DNA of 45,659 nt from Octopus bimaculoides (taxonomy: Eukaryota). Position numbers and translations under genes: made by a program. The notes under the pieces are model-generated. The model was not told where the DNA came from, did no database searches, and saw only the letters and a program-made list of their open reading frames with translations. Shown here in pieces: positions 36,691-45,659 of this stretch (position 1 is its first letter; every line of letters starts with the position of its first letter). Location: assembly GCF_001194135.2 (NCBI RefSeq), contig NC_068994.1, positions 21,568,718 to 21,614,376 of the forward strand, given 5' to 3'.

Positions 36691-38210
36691 ATTCACACCA
36701 AGTTTCATAATCATGCTGCACTGCTGTTTGTACATAGGCATCATACAATCTGCCTTTCACTCTGAGAGAGAAGCCTTTTGTTACCAACAGAGGTGATAGT
36801 TGTCTGAACTTTCTCCAGCTATTCTAACAATTATACTTTCAGATTACTCCCCTTACCTTTGCAGCAAATTACATCTCTTAGGCAACAGAAACTATTTACT
36901 ACCTTTATGTCTCTTCCAAAACATCCTCAAAAAATCTATTTCCTATGTGCTTTTAGTGTTTATTCTACCTACTTTGTTAACCTTCCTGTGATCCCATTGC
37001 AACTCTTAGGCAACCATAGTTTGCAATGAGTACACCATATGGAATTTCTACTAACACTTCTTCAACATGATGAATGGGGCCATTTATATAAAGGGATCAG
37101 CATCTTGCTTGTTTTCCTGCTAAATAGAACTTTAGTCTTTGCTAAGTTAACTTTAAAACCCTGTGATTCCAGGTTTTGCATCTACACCTGGAATTTCCTT
37201 TCTTCTTCAATTACAGTTTCAGTTATAGGAACAAGGTCATCAGCATAGAGGAATTCTCATGGGCATCCAGCCTTAAATTCCTGTTATGATCTGAAGAACA
37301 ATGATAAATAAGAGGAGGACTGATAACTGAACACTGATGAACTCCAACTTGCACATTAAATTCATTGCTGTATGCATTGCTAACTCTCACCTTATCGATA
37401 GCATCCCACTATCAATAAGGTGAGACTTTCTACAGTGACTGCCCAAAGACACATCTGGTCTAAAGTTTTCTCCAGGTTGACAAAATACAGTAGTTTGCTT
37501 TTTGCTAAATACTTCTCTTACAGTCACCAAATTGTAAAGAGTGCACCAGTAGTACATTCTCCCCAACACGAAACCAAACTGCATCTCATTTACGTTAACT
37601 TTCTTCCTAATTAATCGAGATATGATACTTTCAATGACTTTCAGAACTTGGTAATTTGGTATTTCTTTAATTACTTCACTCTAATGTATTTCCTTTATGT
37701 TTGTAACAGTTGACTATGCTGCTGCTACACCAATCATTGGGCATGATACCTCCCTGTACAAACTGATTAACTATGCAAGTGACTAGGCCATATTTTATTC
37801 CAGCAGTAATTTCTGATGGACCAGAGACTTTACCTATCTTCATATTCTTAATTGCTTTGTCTATCACTCTGCTGTCAATGAGAATGGATGGATTTGCTGT
37901 TGGGTTCACATTAAGAAGACTCTACCTTTTCCCCATCCATTCTCCACATTTAGTAGTCTTTCTAAATAGCACTTCCATACCTCTTTCTTTCTAAAACCCT
38001 GAAGAACAAGGAACTATTACCCTTCCATAAACACACTTCTCTCCTACAATAACATGATTTTTTTCTGATACACTGCCTTACAATCCAAAACAATTTATGC
38101 CTTTGATCCTTACACTGTAGAACATTGACAAACCTTTTCTGCTTACATGTAAACACACACTCACATGATATTTCTTCAACTGCAAAACCTCTTCTGATTA
38201 CAACATGCAC
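36690..38210 (-). mobile_element. Degraded RTE LINE reverse transcriptase
   Basis: KAIKNMKIGKVSGPSEI, PNDWCSSSIVNCYKHKGNTLE, MQFGFVLGR, FSLRVKGRLYDAYVQTAVQHDYETW. Confidence 0.85.
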
Positions 38211-38344
38211 TAAAATTTATTCAGTAATACTGTTATATGAAAGCATTTGTAGAGTGAAAACATTTTTGTATTTTTACTTTCATATATATATAAATACATG
38301 ATAAAAATATTTACCTTCTGTGTTAAAAAGTCATAAATACACAT

Positions 38345-38709
38345 TCTTCTATTCTTTCACTTGTTACAGTCATTTGACTGTGGCCATGTTGGAGCACCAC
38401 CTTTAGTTGAACAAATCGACCTCAGGACTTATTCTTTGTTTGCCTAGTACTTATTCTATCAGTCTCTTTTGCTGAACTACCAAGTTACAGGGATGTAAAC
38501 ACACCAACACCAGTTGTCAAGCGACGGTGGACACACACACACACACAAACGACTGGCCACTTTCAGTTTCCATCTACCAAATCCACTCACAAGGCTTTGG
38601 TCAGCCTGAGGCTATAGAAGACACTTGCCCAAGGTTCCATGCAGTGGGATTGAACCCGGAACCACATGGATGAGAAGCAAACTTCTTACCACACAGCCGC
38701 TTTTGCACC
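38345..38709 (-). mobile_element. Near full-length tRNA-related SINE family 1 with non-RTE tail
   Basis: Head GGCTGTGTGG...GGTTCAATCCC, short CA/TG tract, tail GATAGAATAAGTACTAGG...CAGTCAAATGACTGTAACAAGTGAAAGA. Confidence 0.85.
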
Positions 38710-39100
38710 TATACAGCCACTCCTGCGCCTATATAGCCACTCTTGCATGTATAAAAATTTTATGCATTTTCAACCCTTTCTTATTAATTTTCTTATATAT
38801 ACATATTTACATAGGAAATCTATTTAGTTTTCATTCATAATCACTGAATATTTCTCAGATTTTTTCTGGTTGGAAATATATGTAGTACTTTAGAAAATAT
38901 TTATACATCTAAGCAATCCTCATCCATGACAAACTTCTACACCATATGGGTGGACCAAGTTGATAGACACATATGCATATACTAGAGATATTTGTCATAT
39001 AAATAGGTATGGAACAAGACAGCAATGAGATAAAATAAAACAAGCAGAATTATACAGCCACCATGCATAATAAATACATGTTACTTCAAAGATGACTCAC

Positions 39101-39263
39101 GTGATTTTAAATGTAGTTCCTTGCCTTCTGGTAATTGTACAGTGCTGCTGCTGTTTAAAGAGGTTTCACTGTTTAGCCACTCTTTCTCAAGTTCACTGGA
39201 GTAAACAGCTTCCCATGGCAACGGCACTAATGTCTCAAGGTTCTCATATGACTTTTTGACATT
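39101..39263 (-). CDS. Internal exon of the CCCH gene upstream of the fingers
   Basis: NVKKSYENLETLVPLPWEAVYSSELEKEWLNSETSLNSSSTVQLPEGKELHLKS; acceptor ctcttctcattccag|AAT, donor TCAC|GTGAGT; 163 nt; the final C plus GG of the next exon gives Arg in frame with the zinc fingers. Confidence 0.8.
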
Positions 39264-39449
39264 CTGGAATGAGAAGAGGGTCAACATGCAGTTAGTACAT
39301 ATAAATCCAAGGTAACCCTGTTATATGTGTCCATGTGAAAGCCCTCACTAAATGAGTATCACAATACAGTTTACTAGCAGACAATGTAAATTCCATCTCG
39401 TAGTGATCACCTTACAAAGCATAATGGCAGAGGTAGATCACTGTTTTAT

Positions 39450-40740
39450 GAGTTACTACTAGAAATAATTGTATGTCCTTGAGTTGAGACCTTAAAAACA
39501 TCTTATACATCAATGACCTGCTCGTCATCACATCCAACAATATCCATTCTAACCTAGAGGATATGATTTGCTATTCCTAATCTTCTCCAGTTATGTATCA
39601 TCGACATCCAGCTTAGATACCAAACATCAAATTTGTACTGATTCCATAGAGACCATAAAAGCATCCTGTGGGGCCATACCAATCTTATCTTTTAAACAGT
39701 GAACCCCCACCACAAACACTACTCACATCAAGAAAACATCATTGCCTCACATTACCCTTGAACACGACCAACATTCACCTAAAGCTTTCATGACTTCTCT
39801 AAATATTAGGCCTCACTAAATGCCAAGAATAAAATGCAGGCAATAATCTCTCTCAGAGGGCTTATATTATATAACTTTAACATCATGAATTTTAAGATGA
39901 ATCAAATTTTATGATAAGATACCAATGCAAGGAAACACCAATTTTTACATGGTTAAAGAATTAGGAGTCAGATATGCAATTATGGAACAATTTAAGTAGA
40001 AGTATATTGTCATCATCTTTTAATGTCCATTTTTGATTTAGGCAAGAGTTGGATATTTTGGCAAGATCTGAAGGATCTGCGGATTGCATTGTACTTCAAT
40101 TGTTTTGGTATGGTTTTTACACAGTATAGAATGCTTTTAGTTTTTGTCTGCTTGCTTATCATTGAAGAATTAATTAACTCTACTTTTGAAGAAAGATAAT
40201 GAAAAAAAGAGGATGATAACACACCAACTATCAGAAGGAAGAGAGAGAGAGAGCAGATGAATGAATGATACAACATTGTTAACAGCAGAAAATAAACTCA
40301 CTAAGACTATGAATAACTTCTGGCTGTTAAAAGGAAATTTCTGACCACATAGTAAAATAACTACAACAGGATTTATGTTGATTTGATCCTAACCAGATAC
40401 AACTTCAGTGTGAAAAGTACTTTAAAATATATACATGGAAGAAAAACTTTTGGAAGCAGCACTCACAGACATACTCCAGTCTCTAGCCCATCAGCATGCT
40501 GTTTCCTCTCTGTCTTACCTATTGCTATAATAAAAGTCTCTGTTTATCAGAAATGGCTGCTGTTGTACTTCTGTCACTCAGGCACTCCTGGCTCATTTGT
40601 CCTTCCACCTCTCATCATTCTTATTGTATCCTCCACCCTATACTAACCACTATACACAGTCTTACATCCCTAGAACATCAGCCTTCTGGAATCTTCTCCC
40701 TGCAGGTATTGAATTGAACAGTTTACATAAAGTTCAGTAG
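39450..40740 (+). mobile_element. Interrupted CR1/L2-type LINE remnant (RT core and 3' end)
   Basis: LYINDLLVITSNNIHS (~39500), ILWGHTNL, and TNHYTQSYIPRTSAFWNLLP (~40640-40700); the middle is not assigned. Confidence 0.55.
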
Positions 40741-40960
40741 CCTTTTTTAGGGACTGTCCCTTCTTCCAGACTCAACAAGTAAACAAAAACAAAAAAACAG
40801 CAACAATAACCATAAGAAAAAGAGTATATTCTATTATGATGAGATAAAAAGATTTAAAACTGAAATATATCATAATATATATACAAAGAATACACCAATA
40901 CATAAAGTAGCAAGAAGTTGAAAACTACACTGGAAGGGTTTATAGTAATAGCTTTGAATT

Positions 40961-41269
40961 AATACAATTAAACCTTGGGAGAGGCATTATGCCGGTAATA
41001 AACACACACACTGGTTCAGTCCTTTATTAATTTATATAGTTTTTTGTTAAATTATTTCATTGCACTCTTGCAATCTCTTCAGTAACTTGTCTCTCCACTT
41101 CCATTTATTTTGAATGTATGAATAAATGGAAGTGGAGAGACAAGTTACTGAAGAGATTGCAAGAGTGCAATGAAATAATTTAACAAAAAACTATATAAAT
41201 TAATAAAGGACTGAACCAGTGTGTGTGTTTATTACCGGCATAATGCCTCTCCCAAGGTTTAATTGTATT
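40961..41269. repeat. Perfect inverted repeat: two 149-bp arms, 11-nt spacer
   Basis: 40961-41109 is the exact reverse complement of 41121-41269 (checked base by base); spacer TTGAATGTATG; no TSD. Confidence 0.97.
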
Positions 41270-41356
41270 TCTTTCAACACACATATCCACATCAAGAATC
41301 TTGCACACGAAATATACATACAAAATTTGAATTAATACCTCCACACCTAAATTTAC

Positions 41357-41793
41357 AAATCATCATCATTTTAATGTACACTTTTCCATGCTTGCACAAG
41401 TCAGACGAAATTTGTCAAGGCAGATTCTTCTGTAGCTAGACACTCTTCCTGTTATCAACCCTCACCTGTTTCCAAGCAAGAGAATATTTCCCTCTAATTC
41501 TTCAAACATATACAACATGATGGCCAGGCATGTTTTCACTGAAGATTCCAAACAGATGACACTGCTTGTACGCTGGTGACATTTGTCGACATTTAATGTG
41601 CATTGTCAAGACAAGGGTACACACATGTATACATATATGTAACAAGTTTCTTTCTGTTTCTGTTTACTAAATCCACTCACAAACCTTTGGTCAATCTGGT
41701 GCTATAGTAGAAGACACTTGCCCAAGATGCTGTGCAATGAAGCCAAATCTAAAACCATTTGGTTGCAAAGAGAACTTCTTAACCACACAGTCA
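41357..41793 (-). mobile_element. Diverged SINE family 1 with RTE-type tail
   Basis: Head at ~41650-41793 and tail TTTTCCATGCTTGC...CATCATCAT at ~41360-41400. Confidence 0.65.
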
Positions 41794-42499
41794 TTTCTAT
41801 GACTATTATAGAAAAAAGAATTTTACAAAATATAACGTGAATGATATATATTTAGTGACTGGAGTATTTGATAAAACACTCACAAGGTGTTCACTTTAAG
41901 ACAAAGACTAGTACCAACATAATCACCAAATCATAGTAAAAGATGGAGTAATAATACTGTATAACATGGCAGTGCATACTGACAATTAATTGATTAAATG
42001 AGCTGAGTCATAAAAGACCACAAAAATGAAATGTGAACTGATTGATATGTTTTGCTCTATGGATAGACACATATCAATCAAAGAAATGGGAGAAAAAAAA
42101 AAACATTTAGAGTACAAAGATTTAGAGAGACAGATGTAGCAAGAATGTTAGGCATGGACTAAACAATGTGTAAACCAAAATCATTCTATAATAAAAAAAA
42201 AAATGAATTACAAAACAGACATTTTGCCAAAACACTCAGGAAACCTTGAAAAAAGCTATAGGCCCTTCCTTATAATAAGATTAAAATAAACAACACATTA
42301 ATACAGCTACCCATTTATCAGCATATACTTCTAGAAATACGAAGTTACATAGTTATAAGCTGTGGGAAGAGAGCCAAAACCTAAGGCTTAGTACAGCAAC
42401 ATGATGCAGTAACACACACACAAAATAAAAGAAAAAGCAGAAATGATGAAGAAATTTCTTCACAAACATGTGCTCATACATGTGTGTATGTGTGTGTGT

Positions 42500-42870
42500 G
42501 CAGCCATAGCAAAATTGGAGAATACTTGAACTAGGTACTCTGAGAATATTACAAAATCACAAATGGAGAAAGATGGTATAGACATAAACCACAATAAGTC
42601 TCTGAAAATGAGAGCAACAATATTCTAGAAGGTTCTGGTTCTTGCAGACAAACAATAAAAAGATAATATTGTTAAAGGCTACCAAAAAAAAAAAAAAAAA
42701 AAAAAAAGAAGTTTCCTGATAGACATCTCAATCTAAGCAAATAGCAATATATCTCTAACAAATAGCAGATGCTATCTTAGTACAAAAATATGGAAATAAC
42801 CTGACATAGAACTCGATATACATATGCTTCTGGATGAAGTGTTAATCAGGTACAGAATGGTAATAAGAAA
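42500..42870 (+). mobile_element. RLE-type (R4/NeSL-like) LINE C-terminal remnant
   Basis: HSKIGEYLN.VL.EYYKITNGERWYRHKPQ.VSENESNNIL followed by FLIDIS. Confidence 0.6.
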
Positions 42871-43031
42871 AGAGATGACAAAGGAATAACCAATTATCTT
42901 ATGATAATCTTATCTTATAATGGAAACTGCTGTAAGCTAATGAAGTTCATAAGATAATCAGTTATTATTTTGTCATCTTTTTTCTTATATACATAAATAT
43001 ATATTCAGAATACCAAAATAAGAATGCTGTA

Positions 43032-43144
43032 TTAGATTGGAGCCTGGTGTTGTCATCCGGTTTCACCAGTCCTCAGTCAAATCGTCCAACCCATGCTAGC
43101 ATGGAAAGCGGACGTTAAACAATGATGATGATGATGATGATGAT
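43032..43144 (+). mobile_element. Short RTE-type 3' tail
   Basis: GATTGGAGCCTGG...CCAACCCATGCTAGCATGGAAAGCGGACGTTAAAC(A/GAT)n, nearly identical to the reverse complement of 9786-9880. Confidence 0.85.
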
Positions 43145-45569
43145 TATTAATATGATAAATGTATGCTGAATGCCTCCCATTTTGTATACAACCTAAAGAA
43201 ATATCTGATCCAATATTAAGAAAAAGTTAACATATAAAAACAGAGGCAGGGTAAATTTAAATAACTAAAATACACTCTTGGTCTTTTAATTGATGAGTAG
43301 TTACGTCAATTTCAGACTAAATATTTAAAATAGCTGTGATATTACAAGGTTATTTCCCTTGTCTTAAGTGCCTCCCACTCCTTTTATATTAATAAAGGAA
43401 AGGAGTGACAATAAAGGTTTAGAAATGACTATATCATGGTCACATTGTTTGAAGGAAAAATATTAAGAGACAAAACACAAACATTAAGTTAGTAATCAAA
43501 GATCTCAACTAGTCAGCCAAATCAAAGCCTAATTCATTATATTTTCCACTATCATATATCAATTTTCCATTACCAGCGTGAGTGGGATGATATTTGCTAA
43601 AGAAATAATCTTTGACTATTGACTATTTAGTCCTAATTAATAAAGATGATAATTGTTGGGAAAGCAGACTAAAAGTTGTTGCAATGCACTGAGTTATGAC
43701 CTACTCAATGGTCAATTACTCAGTACACATAACCACTTAATTCGTGGCTTTTGAAACCTAAATCCAACTGATATAATTGTTTTAATTTTTAGCACTGAAA
43801 AAGAGTAGAATGGTTGAAGGGAAATGAATACAGGACTATATGTCTTTCATTATTTAGTGTCTTTACTCTTCATTCTGAATTCAAATCTTACGTTTGTTTT
43901 TCACTCTAAGTTCAAACTTTGTTTTTAATGGCTTCAAACTTATGGTATACAGTGCTTGGATGCTTGATAAAATAAATATCAGTTACATACTGTGTGAGTT
44001 GAGATTGAGAAACAAAAAATAAACTTTAAATGCAATTCAATTGACATACATGCTATACTAAAATTTATTAAACTAAGTAAAGTAGTCTCTAAACAACTTC
44101 TCATGAAAAAAAAAAAATAAAAAAGGTATAATTTAGTATCATGGGTACAAGAATGCATGCTGATGCTGAAATTCAGAAAAGGAGTAAACTAGAATTTTGG
44201 TTTGTAAAATGTAAGTGGTGCAGAAACTGAAATAGAAATAGTATAGAAGTTTATTGCTAAACTGTTGGCTAAATAATTGACAATTACTATCCATTGCATG
44301 TAGAGTACTATGACCAAAGAAAGGAAGGTACGGAAGATATTCAAGGAGCTCGTTATTATGGGTATTTTTTATTGGCAATAAAACAAGCCCTATGCATTTT
44401 CTCAGATTGCCAAAAATAGCAGTTAAATCCCTCTCAAATCACATCTACCATCTTCAAGAAAAGAACACTTTGGAAAATGTAGTCCTAAATACATTGGCAA
44501 GAAAAAAAAAATCTGAAATGGTCATGGTTGGCACAACCTTGACCATTCACTTATTTAAGAGTGTTCTGGGTTAAACAGCAATTAAGGACTTCTCTCTTCA
44601 TGCAATGAGCCATTTGTATGAAGCTCGCACAAACAGTGTTATGTGTAATAGTGACATGGAAACTGAAAGACAAAGAGGAATTGGAGAGGAATTGCTGGCA
44701 ATTACAGATATCAGCCAAACTGTACAGAAGAAAAGTCTGCACTACTATGAGTACTGAATGTGAATGGACAATGAATAACAGGAGAAAAAAGTAAGTCTTA
44801 AGTAGCCAAGGAAGAGAAAGACCAGTGAAGATTAGTGGCCATTTACTGAACAGCAGACCCATCCATTTTCCTTGTCAGCAAGTTAAAATTGAAATTAAAA
44901 CATGATAATGATGATGATGTCTCTTATGATATGGTCAATAGTTTCTATTTACCAAGGTGATCTAATCAGTGCTGGAGTTACCTGCAGCAAAATAGAATAA
45001 GGAAAAGTAGAACATATTCAGGAAGCTGTTATCACTGTTGATAGCAAAAGGTTTCTTTCTCCAAAAGAAAGAAAGAAAGAAAAATAACAGACTGTAAACA
45101 GCTATTTACATTGTCCTACTGTTCATGGCCGTCCTCTTATCTCCAGACAATAAGCCTGTCTTTTCTTTAACTACACGTCAACTTTGGAGAATTCTTAATT
45201 CTTGACATGACCGTCCCTTGTCATATGGACCTAGCTCAAATTGCCTTATGGTAATTGTGACACATCCTCTAGAGGCAAAGATAATTTTAATAAATCAAGA
45301 ATCTATGTTGTATGGTGTTTGATGTACCTGTATTTGTCTATGTTGTTCAAATACATGCCACTGACCACTCTGAGTTATTTCTCTCAAAACTTTTTTTTTT
45401 TAGATTATACTATTTAGATTGTTGCATCTGTAGGGTGTAAATTATTGTAGTTCTGACAGCGCTATTTTTCTTTGAGAAATAGATGTTCAGTAGATGAAAA
45501 AAATCAGTTTTTTTTTCTATTTTCAGTAAAACACATACTTTGAAGTGTTAAGAATACTTGTCATTAATT

Positions 45570-45659
45570 AGCTGCAGGAAAAATACCTAGCTAAGGATAA
45601 ACCTCTGTACCTGGCTTTTGTTGACATGGAGAAAGCCTTTGACAGGGTCCCCCGATCCC
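45570..45659 (+). mobile_element. Start of a 5'-truncated RTE LINE RT running off the window
   Basis: LQEKYLAKDKPLYLAFVDMEKAFDRVPRS, open to the end of the window. Confidence 0.85.

Noticed and set aside
38540-38709. tRNA gene suggested by A and B boxes
   Set aside because: No cloverleaf; it is the multi-copy SINE head. The tRNA-Trp match at 6585-6599 is a PBS.
40013-40276. Upstream exon candidate with a CT-rich acceptor
   Set aside because: The pyrimidine tract is a (CT)n microsatellite and no phase-0 donor fits exon 39263.
44139-45090. Possible hAT transposase (44139-44574) and RTE endonuclease (44600-45090) remnants
   Set aside because: Only faint motif echoes; cannot be supported without a profile search.

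Overview
AT-rich eukaryotic DNA, not prokaryotic: no CRISPR array, rRNA or true tRNA gene was seen. The repeat families and dense (TA)n/(CA)n tracts suggest an octopus genome (inference from remembered repeat families, not a search). Most of the window is layered transposon fossils: Tx1/L1, RTE, CR1, restriction-like-endonuclease LINEs, a Penelope-like element, two Ty3/Gypsy pol remnants (one CsRn1-like with LTR and tRNA-Trp PBS), solo LTRs, DD41D-like, maT-like, Tc1 and DD34D mariner transposons, a hAT MITE and two tRNA-related SINE families. There is one 405-nt assembly gap. One host gene is supported on the minus strand: a tandem CCCH zinc-finger protein with two well-supported exons (39101-39263, 34354-34510) that splice in frame, and two weaker downstream exons; no 5' exon was found in the window. 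The most notable items are a perfect 149-bp-arm hairpin at 40961-41269 and an unassigned ~2 kb intronless coding fossil on the plus strand (30871-32888) whose antisense strand may supply an exon of the zinc-finger gene. I did not find a clearly new biological system. All protein family calls are by eye, and most TE boundaries are approximate.
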